DNA of 64,000 nt from positions 1 to 64,000 of the forward strand of contig CBDDBZ010000026.1 of assembly GCA_965225945.1 (NCBI GenBank), read 5' to 3'. The notes under the pieces are model-generated. The model saw nothing but the letters and a program-made list of their open reading frames with translations. It was not told the origin of the DNA and made no database searches. Below are positions 1-7,839 of the stretch, piece after piece; the stretch's first letter is position 1, and each line of letters starts with the position of its first letter. Made by a program: the position numbers and the translations under genes. The stretch is from Alphaproteobacteria bacterium (lineage in GTDB: Bacteria > Pseudomonadota > Alphaproteobacteria > GCA-2731375).

Positions 1-255
1 GAGCAGGTCGTCGGTGGCCGTGATCGAGCGGAGCCGCGTGCCCGCCGGGATCTCGATTTCAAATTCGCCCTCGAAGCTCTGGGCGGGCCGGGCGGCCGCC
101 GCCGGTACGCCGTCGGCCGCGACGATTCTCCCCAGCTCCCCCGCCGTCCGGGCTAGCCCCACGGCGAGGAGAATCAGCCCCACGACCAGCAGCCCGGTCA
201 TCGTGATCACGAGAAGCTTGAGCCCGGTACTGGTCTCGGTCCAGTTTGCCCCCAT
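1..255 (-). CDS. Small membrane-anchored hypothetical protein, divergent from rluD (3' end outside window)
   Basis: Hand translation from ATG at 255: MGANWTETSTGLKLLVITMTGLLVVGLILLAVGLART...; one hydrophobic helix; frame open to the window edge; not in the supplied ORF track. Confidence 0.6.
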   Translation of the reverse strand, partial: MGANWTETSTGLKLLVITMTGLLVVGLILLAVGLARTAGELGRIVAADGVPAAAARPAQSFEGEFEIEIPAGTRLRSITATDDLL

Positions 256-1237
256 GGAACCGTCGCCCGCTGGATCACGTCATCTGGAAACCGCCGATAG
301 CGGCGCGGCCGGCCAACGCCTGGATCGGTTCCTGGCGGCGCGACTGCCCTCGCTTTCGAGGAGTGCCATCAAGCGCCTTATTTTGAACGGCCGCCTGTCG
401 CTCGGCGGCGAGACGATACTGGACCCCTCGCGCCTGGTCAAACCGGGCGAGAGTTATCTTCTGGAGGTGCCGCCGGCGACCCCGGCGCGCCCCATTGGCC
501 AGGCGATGCCCCTCGTCGTGTTGTACGAGGACGGCGATATCCTGGTGCTGGACAAGCCGGCGGGTCTGGTCGTGCATCCCGCGCCGGGCAATCCGGACCG
601 GACCCTGGTCAACGCGCTGATCGCCCATTGCGGCGAGACGCTTTCCGGCATCGGCGGGGTCCGGCGCCCGGGGATCGTGCATCGCCTGGACAAGGACACC
701 AGTGGCGTCATGGTGGTGGCCAAGCACGATTCCGCGCATGCCGGCTTGGCCGCGCAATTCGCCCGCCACGACATCCTGCGCGAATATCGCGCTCTGGTCT
801 GGGGCGCGCCCAGGGCTTCGAGCGGAACCGTGGACGGCGCCATCGGCCGCGATCCGCGAAACCGCAAACGCATGGCCGTCCTCGCGCGTGGCGGCAAGCC
901 GGCCAGGACGCACTATCGGGTGCTGTCGCGCCTGGGCACCATCGCGGCCGAGCTCGCCTGTCGGCTGGAGACGGGGCGAACGCACCAAATTCGCGTCCAC
1001 CTCGCCCACCTCGGCCTTCCGGTGATCGGCGATTCCGTCTATGCCCGGGCCCAGCGTCGCCGGGTGAAGGACCTGCCGCCGCCGCTCGGCACGGCGCTCG
1101 ACGGCCTCTCGCGCCAAGCCCTGCATGCGGGCTTGTTGGGCTTTCGCCATCCGGTCCGCGGTGTTGCGGTGCGTTTCGAAAGCTCGCCGCCGGCGGACTT
1201 CCGCGCCCTCGCCGAGGTGCTCCGGGCGCCGACCTGA
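254..1237 (+). CDS. rluD: RluA-family 23S rRNA pseudouridine synthase
   Basis: S4 domain (RLDRFLA), DKPAGLVVHP, HRLDKDTSG (catalytic Asp), LETGRTHQIRVH, RQALHA; start taken at ATG 254. Confidence 0.93.
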   Translation: MEPSPAGSRHLETADSGAAGQRLDRFLAARLPSLSRSAIKRLILNGRLSLGGETILDPSRLVKPGESYLLEVPPATPARPIGQAMPLVVLYEDGDILVLDKPAGLVVHPAPGNPDRTLVNALIAHCGETLSGIGGVRRPGIVHRLDKDTSGVMVVAKHDSAHAGLAAQFARHDILREYRALVWGAPRASSGTVDGAIGRDPRNRKRMAVLARGGKPARTHYRVLSRLGTIAAELACRLETGRTHQIRVHLAHLGLPVIGDSVYARAQRRRVKDLPPPLGTALDGLSRQALHAGLLGFRHPVRGVAVRFESSPPADFRALAEVLRAPT

Positions 1238-1431
1238 GTCGCCCGAGGCTCGGTTCGATCCTTGCCTATCCGGTTATCACCCACACCCACTATATGTAGT
1301 GTGTCTCCTTGGACTGCAGGCGAGGGCCGGCGCAGGCGCATTGAGGAGGCGATCCGGCTAATTCTTGATTGTTCTGAAAACCGAACCGGAGTTTAATTCA
1401 CGTCACGTACTTAACATCGGGGGACGGAACG

Positions 1432-1740
1432 GTGGCGACCAAGGGAAAAACGAAGAAACCCACGGCCAGACGGGAAGCTGCTGATGAAACGACATCGTCT
1501 GAGCGATTGACGGCACTAGTCGAAGAAAGCGACGCGCTGGCACGAATCGTTGCGAAGAACCCGTCCGCGCCTGTTAGTCTCCTGCGCGTTTTGAGTCGCA
1601 GCGAAGACGAAGCGACACGCAAGAACGTGATCCTCAATCCGTTTACTTCATATGACGTATTGAGCGAACTTGAAAACCAGTTCACAGAGCTATTTGTGAA
1701 TAATCCGGCACTCGAATCCTACAATTCAATGAAGCTCTGA
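1432..1740 (+). CDS. Passenger protein with leucine-rich-variant/HEAT-like repeats, possibly truncated
   Basis: Repeated [A/L]xNP...LL..L units (VAKNPSAPVSLLRVL, VILNPFTSYDVLSEL, FVNNPAL); visibly more AT-rich than host genes. Confidence 0.55.
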   Translation: MATKGKTKKPTARREAADETTSSERLTALVEESDALARIVAKNPSAPVSLLRVLSRSEDEATRKNVILNPFTSYDVLSELENQFTELFVNNPALESYNSMKL

Positions 1741-1899
1741 TTTCCTGGAATATTCCATCGGTGTCGTTCACCTCCGATTTCAGATAAATTTCAATGAAGT
1801 GACGGTCCTTTATGCAACGTGGCGTTTTGCCAAATCCGACTCAATGATTAGGATTTCCACCACGCTAAAGTGTCGCCTAAAAGCCGCTACAATGCCGTC

Positions 1900-1999
1900 C
1901 GAGTCCCTGCTCGGCATCGCCGGAGATATCTCCGCTTCGACCTGCACCGAGCTTTACTCAGGGAAATGGGTGCACACTACATATAGTGGGTGTGGGTGA
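1900..1999 (+). pseudogene. 3' remnant of an IS1595 transposase
   Basis: SLLGIAGDISASTCTELYSGKWVHTTYSGCG* aligns by eye with the C-terminus SLLGIAGDTSAPTYAELYSGEWRHPTCSGHGR* of the adjacent transposase. Confidence 0.85.
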
Positions 2000-2023
2000 T
2001 AACCGGATAGGCAAGGTTCGATC

Positions 2024-3128
2024 CTTGCCTATCCGGTTAACGCCCATGACCGCTACATGTAGGGTGCCGCCACTCTCCCGAGTAAAGCTCGGCATAGGTT
2101 GGAGCAGAGGTGTCGCCCGCGATGCCGAGCAATGAGCGGAAGGCGTTGAACGGGTAGAACCGCCTGTTGAAGCGGAAGGTGAACTCGTTGAGGTAGGCTT
2201 GTAGGTGCTGGTGGCTAACGCCGTGGTGGATACCGATCAGCCACGTCTTCAGGTTGGCGAAAACCAGATGGATGATCGGCAGGTATTGCTCGGCAACCTC
2301 TGGATCACCACACTCGGCAACAGCGAAGTGCTCATAGCCGCGCTTACCGAGGCCAGCATAGCCGCTCCAATCGTCAGTAACGATCAGCGATCCCGGCGCG
2401 ACGGTGCTCTCGACGAACCCACAGAGCGACTCGGCGCTACGGTCGAGCACGACGGCGAGCCGAACGCGTCCGGCATAGCGTCCGTCTTTCCGGTTGTCGA
2501 GCTTGGTGCCCGGCTTTCGATGACGCACCTCGATGGCACAGGAGACGAGAACCTTGTGGTGAACACCACGGCCTTCCCCACGCGTTCGCCCGCCAACCCA
2601 GGTTTCGTCCACCTCAACATGGTTCTTGGGCTGTCCACCGATCCTGTCTTGGTTGGGCCGCACCATGCCCGAGCGGAGCTTGTGGAGAATTTGAAAGGCC
2701 GTCTCGTAGCGCGAAAGACCAAGTTGCCGCTGAAACTGCACGGCGGACATGCCGGGCGTCTGACTGGCGACCAGATAAGCGGCCCAGAACCAGACGTTCA
2801 GCGGAGTGTGGCTACGCTCCATCACTGTTCCCACCGTCAGCCCGGTGTTCTGGCGGCACTTGCGGCAGCGCAGGACGCCAGGGCGGTTTTCAAAGTGGAA
2901 CGGCTCTCCCGCCGTGCCGCAGTGCGGGCAGGCAAAGCCGTCTCCCCAGCGGGCTTTCTCCAGGTAGGCGGCGCAGGCCGCATCATCGGGGAAAAGTCGC
3001 TGGAACTCGGGTAGCGAATGCGGGAATGGGAGATCGGCGCGGTCGAGAACATCCATGGCGCGCTCCCCTATATCCGGTTTGCGCCCATTCTAGCCCTAGT
3101 GGGTGTGGGTGTAAACCGGATAGGCAAG
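2024..3128 (-). mobile_element. IS1595-family insertion sequence, apparently intact
   Basis: Terminal IR CTTGCCTATCCGGTT at 2024 and its reverse complement ending at 3128; 8-bp duplication GTTCGATC at 2016-2023 and 3129-3136. Confidence 0.92.
2037..3056 (-). CDS. IS1595-family DDE transposase (ISSod11-like)
   Basis: Zn ribbon CPHC...CRKC, HTH region, VEVDET, VTDDWSGY, HLQAYLNEFTFRFNRR. Confidence 0.92.
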   Translation of the reverse strand: MDVLDRADLPFPHSLPEFQRLFPDDAACAAYLEKARWGDGFACPHCGTAGEPFHFENRPGVLRCRKCRQNTGLTVGTVMERSHTPLNVWFWAAYLVASQTPGMSAVQFQRQLGLSRYETAFQILHKLRSGMVRPNQDRIGGQPKNHVEVDETWVGGRTRGEGRGVHHKVLVSCAIEVRHRKPGTKLDNRKDGRYAGRVRLAVVLDRSAESLCGFVESTVAPGSLIVTDDWSGYAGLGKRGYEHFAVAECGDPEVAEQYLPIIHLVFANLKTWLIGIHHGVSHQHLQAYLNEFTFRFNRRFYPFNAFRSLLGIAGDTSAPTYAELYSGEWRHPTCSGHGR

Positions 3129-3214
3129 GTTCGATCGATTGATTTCAGAACCTTACGGTTCCCCGACGCGGCCGAGGCGGCGGCACAATACCCGAGTGAC
3201 GCCAAGGGTCAATG

Positions 3215-3243
3215 TTGACGGCGCGGACTTCCGAATCTATCAT
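3215..3243 (+). promoter_or_regulatory. Putative sigma70 promoter of rpoH
   Basis: TTGACG-N17-TATCAT ending 44 nt before the ATG. Confidence 0.55.
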
Positions 3244-3287
3244 TTCTTCTCTCAGGAAAGCCGCGCGAACGAGGGAGAGTCGGTCAG

Positions 3288-4181
3288 ATGAGCGACCGGT
3301 CGGCGAACAAGCTGCCCCTTCCGGCACCCAACCCGGACGGCAGCCTGTCACGCTATCTGCAGGAAATCCGCAAGTTCCCGATGCTGGAGCCGGAGCAGGA
3401 GTACATGCTCGCCAAGCGTTGGGAGGAACACGGCGATGGCGACGCGGCGCATCAGCTCGTCACCTCCCATCTCCGCCTGGTGGCCAAGATCGCCATGGGC
3501 TACCGAGGCTACGGCCTGCCGGTCGGCGAACTCATCGCCGAGGGTAATATCGGCATGATGCAGGCGGTGAAGCGCTTCGATCCCGAACGCGGCTTCCGGC
3601 TCGCGACCTATGCCATGTGGTGGATCCGCGCCGCCATGCAGGAATACATCCTGCGCTCCTGGTCGCTGGTGAAGATCGGCACCACGGCGGCGCAGAAGAA
3701 GCTGTTCTTCAACCTGCGCAAGATCAAGGGCCAGATCCAAGCGATCGATGAAGGCGACCTCAAGCCCGAACAGGTCACCGAGATCGCCACCCGGCTGAAC
3801 GTGCCGGAGCAGGACGTCGTCTCGATGAACCGCCGCCTGGCGGCGCCCGACAACTCGCTGAACGCGCCGCTCAGGGCCGACGGCGACGGCGAATGGCAGG
3901 ACTGGCTGGTCGACGACAGCGTCGATCAGGAGACCCAGCTCGCCGAGGCCGAGGAGCTGAGCGCGCGGCGCGTGCTGCTGGCCCAGGCGATGGACCGGCT
4001 GAACGAGCGCGAACGCCACATCCTCACCGAGCGACGTCTGAAGGAAGATGCAACGACGCTCGAGGAGCTGAGCCGGGAATTCGGCATCAGCCGGGAGCGG
4101 GTCCGCCAGATCGAGGTCCGTGCCTTCGAAAAGCTGCAACGCGCCATCAAGAAGGCCGCCGTCGACGCCCGCATGCGTTGA
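3288..4181 (+). CDS. rpoH: RNA polymerase sigma-32 factor
   Basis: LSRYLQEI, GYRGYGLP, RLATYAMWWIRA, RpoH box QKKLFFNLR, SRERVRQIE. Confidence 0.97.
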   Translation: MSDRSANKLPLPAPNPDGSLSRYLQEIRKFPMLEPEQEYMLAKRWEEHGDGDAAHQLVTSHLRLVAKIAMGYRGYGLPVGELIAEGNIGMMQAVKRFDPERGFRLATYAMWWIRAAMQEYILRSWSLVKIGTTAAQKKLFFNLRKIKGQIQAIDEGDLKPEQVTEIATRLNVPEQDVVSMNRRLAAPDNSLNAPLRADGDGEWQDWLVDDSVDQETQLAEAEELSARRVLLAQAMDRLNERERHILTERRLKEDATTLEELSREFGISRERVRQIEVRAFEKLQRAIKKAAVDARMR

Positions 4182-4216
4182 CCGTCCGTTTCGCTCTTTG
4201 TTTGATCGCCGCTCGC

Positions 4217-4355
4217 GCGGCGTGCCGGGCCTCCCGCTCCCCCGCCCAACCACCCAGGAGTGGGAGGCCCGGCACGCCGCCTGGCTCGGCCGGCCCGCTC
4301 GGGTGGTTGGGCGGGGGAGCGGGCGGGCCGGGCCATGCCACGCCGGAGGCGTGGC
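4217..4355. repeat. Interleaved perfect inverted repeats (19 bp and 23 bp) plus an 8-bp hairpin downstream of rpoH
   Basis: 4217-4235 complementary to 4262-4280; 4233-4255 complementary to 4301-4323; GCCACGCC-GGA-GGCGTGGC at 4337-4355. Confidence 0.8.
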
Positions 4356-4413
4356 GACAAAGAACCAGCTGGGCCCGCGCGCCGCCATCCCGGGGGGCTC
4401 GCCTCGGGCGCTC

Positions 4414-4442
4414 TTGTCGTCGCGGGGGCGGGATTATATAGT
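4414..4442 (+). promoter_or_regulatory. Putative sigma70 promoter of yicC-gmk
   Basis: TTGTCG-N17-TATAGT. Confidence 0.5.
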
Positions 4443-4586
4443 GGTCTTAGGTTCCGTTCCCCCTAGATCTAGAGCCGCTCATGTTCGTTTCGACTTGCCG
4501 GCCCACCCGATTTCGAAACATTCTGGAGGCAAGGGTGGGATGATCGCGCCTCGCTTGCTCGAAGACGGCGACGATCGGGGCCTGCC

Positions 4587-5474
4587 ATGAGCGTCTCCTC
4601 CATGACCGGGTTCGCCCGCGCCGAGGCCACGACCGCGACGCATGCCTGGGCCTGGGAGGCGCGCAGCGTCAACGGGCGGGGCCTGGACTTGCGCTGTCGA
4701 TTGCCGCCGGGCTTCGAGGTGCTGGAGGCACCGGCCCGCAGCCGCCTCGCCGAGGCGCTGACGCGGGGCAGCGTCAACCTGGTGCTCCGTGTCGAGCGCA
4801 GCGAGGGGGCGAGCGAGATCCGCATCAACGAGGTGGTGCTGGCCGAACTCGTCGCCCGGGCCCGAAGCCTTCGCGAGGCCCTGCCCGAGGCGGTGTTGGC
4901 GATCGACGGCCTGCTGGCCGTGCGCGGCGTGGTCGAGCCGCTGGAGACCTCCGAGGACGAGGCGGCGCGGCGCGCCCGCGAGACGGCGATGCTGGCCAGC
5001 CTCGACGAGGTGGTCCGGGCGCTGGTCGTCGCCCGGGGCGAGGAGGGGGAGCGTCTCGCCCGGGTCCTGGGCGAGCAGTTGGATGAAATGGAAGCCTTGA
5101 TCGAGCGCGCGGCGAGCAGCGCCGGGGCGCGAGCGGAGGCGGTCCGAGAGAGGCTTTCGAGCCAACTTCGGGCCCTGTTGGCGGAACGGATCGGCATTGC
5201 CGAGGAACGCCTGGCGCAGGAGTTGGCGCTGCTCGCGGTGAAGGCCGACGTCGGCGAGGAGCTCGACCGGCTCAGCGCCCATGTGGCGCAGGCGGCGGAG
5301 TTGATCGCCGAGGGCGGCGCCGTCGGGCGGCGCCTGGATTTCCTCGCCCAGGAGTTCAATCGCGAGGCCAATACGCTCACCTCCAAGTCCGGTGACATCG
5401 AGCTCACGCGAATCGGTCTCGACCTCAAGGTGGTCATCGACCGGTTCCGCGAGCAGGTGCAAAATATCGAGTAG
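4587..5474 (+). CDS. yicC: YicC/YloC family endoribonuclease
   Basis: SMTGFA, RSVNGRGLD, EELDRL, GRRLDFLAQEFNREANTL, REQVQNIE; next to gmk. Confidence 0.93.
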   Translation: MSVSSMTGFARAEATTATHAWAWEARSVNGRGLDLRCRLPPGFEVLEAPARSRLAEALTRGSVNLVLRVERSEGASEIRINEVVLAELVARARSLREALPEAVLAIDGLLAVRGVVEPLETSEDEAARRARETAMLASLDEVVRALVVARGEEGERLARVLGEQLDEMEALIERAASSAGARAEAVRERLSSQLRALLAERIGIAEERLAQELALLAVKADVGEELDRLSAHVAQAAELIAEGGAVGRRLDFLAQEFNREANTLTSKSGDIELTRIGLDLKVVIDRFREQVQNIE

Positions 5475-5479
5475 GGGCG

Positions 5480-6118
5480 ATGGGGCGGCTTGGAATTGCC
5501 CGTCGGGGCCTGATGCTGGTGATGAGCTCGCCGTCGGGCGCCGGCAAGACGACGATCAGCCGCGAACTGCTGGCACGCGACGAGAACCTCCAGATGTCGA
5601 TCTCGGTGACCACCCGGCCGGCCCGCCCGGGGGAGCGCGACGGCGTCGACTACAGCTTCATCGACACCAAGAGCTTCGCCCTCATGGTCAAAAGGCGCGA
5701 ACTGCTGGAGCACGCCAAGGTCTTCGATCACGACTACGGCACGCCGGCGGCGGCGGTCGAGGTGGCGCTTCGCCACGGTCGCGACGTGCTGTTCGACATC
5801 GACTGGCAGGGCACCCAGCAGTTGGCGCAGAACGCCCGGGCGGACCTGGTCTCGGTCTTCATTCTGCCGCCCTCGACCCGCGAACTGGAGCGCCGCTTGG
5901 CGCACCGCGCCTCCGACCCGGACGAAGTGGTGCGGCAGCGGATGAGCCGCGCGGCCGACGAGATCTCTCATTGGGCGGAGTACGACTATATCGTCGTCAA
6001 CGACGACGTCATGGCCTGCGCGGGCGAGGTCAACGCGATCCTGATCGCCGAACGCCAGCGGCGCGAGCGCCAGACCGGCCTCCTGGACTTCGTCAAGGAG
6101 CTTCGGGAAGGCCACTGA
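5480..6118 (+). CDS. gmk: Guanylate kinase
   Basis: P-loop SSPSGAGKTT, SVTTRPARPGE.DGVDY.F, DIDWQG. Confidence 0.96.
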   Translation: MGRLGIARRGLMLVMSSPSGAGKTTISRELLARDENLQMSISVTTRPARPGERDGVDYSFIDTKSFALMVKRRELLEHAKVFDHDYGTPAAAVEVALRHGRDVLFDIDWQGTQQLAQNARADLVSVFILPPSTRELERRLAHRASDPDEVVRQRMSRAADEISHWAEYDYIVVNDDVMACAGEVNAILIAERQRRERQTGLLDFVKELREGH

Positions 6119-6230
6119 GGGTCCGATCGAGGTAAGTCCCGACCGCCCCGGGGCTCCGCTTGCCGGCTCTTCAGCCTTTGTTAGAATGCCTCGCGTAAGG
6201 TGGCTCGAGCGGCGATGGCGAGAGGCTGTG

Positions 6231-6590
6231 ATGGCGAGGATCCTACTGGCCGAGGACGACGATTCGATGCGCCACTTCCTGCAGCGCGCGTTGGAGCGGG
6301 CGGGCCACGAGGTGTTGTCGGTGGCCAGGGGCGACCAGGCGCTCCCGGTGATCGCCGAGGGCCGCTTCGACGTGCTTTTGGCCGACATCGTGATGCCGGA
6401 GATGGACGGCATTCAGCTCGCCCAGCGCGCGGTGTCGATCGACCCGCGTATCCGCATCATGTTCATCACCGGCTTCGCCGCCGTGGCGCTGCGCAACCGG
6501 GCGAGCGCGCGGGCCGACGCCAAGGTGCTGTCCAAGCCCTTCCACCTGCGCGAGTTGGTGGCGGAGATCGACAAGCTGATGGCCGCCTGA
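6231..6590 (+). CDS. cpdR: Single-domain response regulator CpdR
   Basis: ILLAEDDDSMR.FL, DIVMPEMDGI, MFITGFAAVAL, AKVLSKPFHLRELV; followed by tRNA-Val. Confidence 0.9.
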   Translation: MARILLAEDDDSMRHFLQRALERAGHEVLSVARGDQALPVIAEGRFDVLLADIVMPEMDGIQLAQRAVSIDPRIRIMFITGFAAVALRNRASARADAKVLSKPFHLRELVAEIDKLMAA

Positions 6591-6663
6591 GGCCGGCGCC
6601 GGGAGGCCGGGCGGCGAACTTGCCAGGGGCCGCCGATTTCGCCTATATCGGCCTGATGGCCCC

Positions 6664-6741
6664 GGGCGCGTAGCTCAGTTTGGTTAGAGCGCTACGTTGA
6701 CATCGTAGAGGTCCCCAGTTCAAGTCTGGGCGCGCCCACCA
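6664..6741 (+). tRNA. tRNA-Val(GAC)
   Basis: Acceptor stem GGGCGCG/CGCGCCC, D arm AGCTCAGTTTGGTTAGAGC, anticodon arm CTACG-TTGACAT-CGTAG, T loop TTCAAGT, encoded CCA. Confidence 0.97.
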
Positions 6742-6872
6742 TGTTTTCCCTAGTTTCCAATGTCTTGTGTCAGGGGCGGTTTATTTGGGCTGGCGAATTG
6801 GGTAGCTCTGGATAGGAGGCGGGCCTGCCGGTGTAAGGTCGTCGAGGTCGAGGTGAGGGAGAGAGCCGCGTC

Positions 6873-7283
6873 ATGGATCCGATCGTCTGGGCCGTCCTGG
6901 CCGTGGGGCTTGCGGTGGTGGTCTTTTTCGTTTGGCGGCGCCAGCGAGGTGGCGGCCGCGAGCAGCCGACCAAGACGCTGCATTCCTCGATCGTCGGCGT
7001 CACCACCGAGGACGAGCGCGGCCTGTCGCCGCAGCAGCTGATCGTCAACCTCCAGACGGGCGACCGGCTGCAGCTGGTTGGCGCCGACAAGGACGGCGCG
7101 CCGGCGGTGCAAGTCCAGGACCGCGGCGGCGGCCACCTCGGCTGGCTGCAGGACGCCGTGGCACCGGAGGTGCGCCCCGCGCTCGACGCGAGCAAGCGCG
7201 TCGAGTGCAAGATCGCCGACATCACCGGCGGCACTCGCGGCAAACCCAACTTCGCCGTCAGCATCCAGATCGATTTGTACTAG
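6873..7283 (+). CDS. N-terminally membrane-anchored HIRAN-like protein
   Basis: Hydrophobic helix then RRQR; IVGVT..., G.HLGWL...A..V...LD, ITGG pattern resembling HIRAN domains. Confidence 0.6.
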   Translation: MDPIVWAVLAVGLAVVVFFVWRRQRGGGREQPTKTLHSSIVGVTTEDERGLSPQQLIVNLQTGDRLQLVGADKDGAPAVQVQDRGGGHLGWLQDAVAPEVRPALDASKRVECKIADITGGTRGKPNFAVSIQIDLY

Positions 7284-7325
7284 ACGCGAGCTGTCTCGGC
7301 TCGGCTCGACGCCGATCCGCGCCAC

Positions 7326-7781
7326 TTGGCTGTTCCCGACATTCGCCCCCCGAGGCCTGCTTTCGACCGCATGTGGAAGGATGCCCACCGGCGGCGTTTC
7401 GATCTGGTGATGGCATGGTCCATCGACCGGATTGGCCGAAGCACGAAAGACGTGGCAAACTTCATGGCCGACATGGAGGCTCTGGGGGTGGAGCAGTTTT
7501 ACCGACAGCAGGCTATCAACACGTCCACGCCTTCGGGCAAGGCCATGGTGCAGATGTGCAGCGTGTTTGCCGAACTGGAGCGGGGCTTGATCCAGGAGCG
7601 GGTGAAGGCTGGTCTGGCTCGGGCTCGGTCGAAGGGCAAGCGGCTGGGTCGCCCCCGTGTGTCGAAGGAGACGGAGGGCCGCATCCACCGGCTTCGGGCC
7701 GAGGGCATGGGTTACAATCGGATTGCCAAGACGGTGGGGTGTGGGAACGCGGTGGTGCAGCGAGTGCTGGCCGCCGGATAG
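7326..7781 (+). pseudogene. 5'-truncated serine recombinase (resolvase/invertase)
   Basis: WSIDRIGRS, TSTPSGKAM, FAELERGLIQERVKAGL, GRP and C-terminal HTH present; catalytic YxRVS N-terminus absent. Confidence 0.8.
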
Positions 7782-7839
7782 CGGAGGCGTGGCCGGCGTG
7801 CGGGGTTACCCCACCGGGCAGTACCATATCCAATGTCGG

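Larger units (their letters stand above)
1261..2015. mobile_element. Non-autonomous IS1595-derived cassette with passenger ORF
   Basis: Perfect 43-bp terminal inverted repeats (1261-1303 and 1973-2015); 8-bp direct repeat GTTCGATC on both sides (1253-1260, 2016-2023); transposase C-terminal remnant at about 1900-1999. Confidence 0.85.

Noticed and set aside
1253-3136. Repeated GTTCGATC-CTTGCCTATCCGGTT units as a CRISPR array or tRNA fragment
   Set aside because: Spacing is 0.75-1.1 kb, the repeats are inverted IS ends, no cas genes are present, and there is no cloverleaf around the T-loop-like GGTTCGATC.
4469-6412. 647-aa minus-strand ORF and similar long antisense or alternate-frame ORFs throughout
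   Set aside because: Shadow ORFs expected in high-GC DNA opposite well-supported genes.
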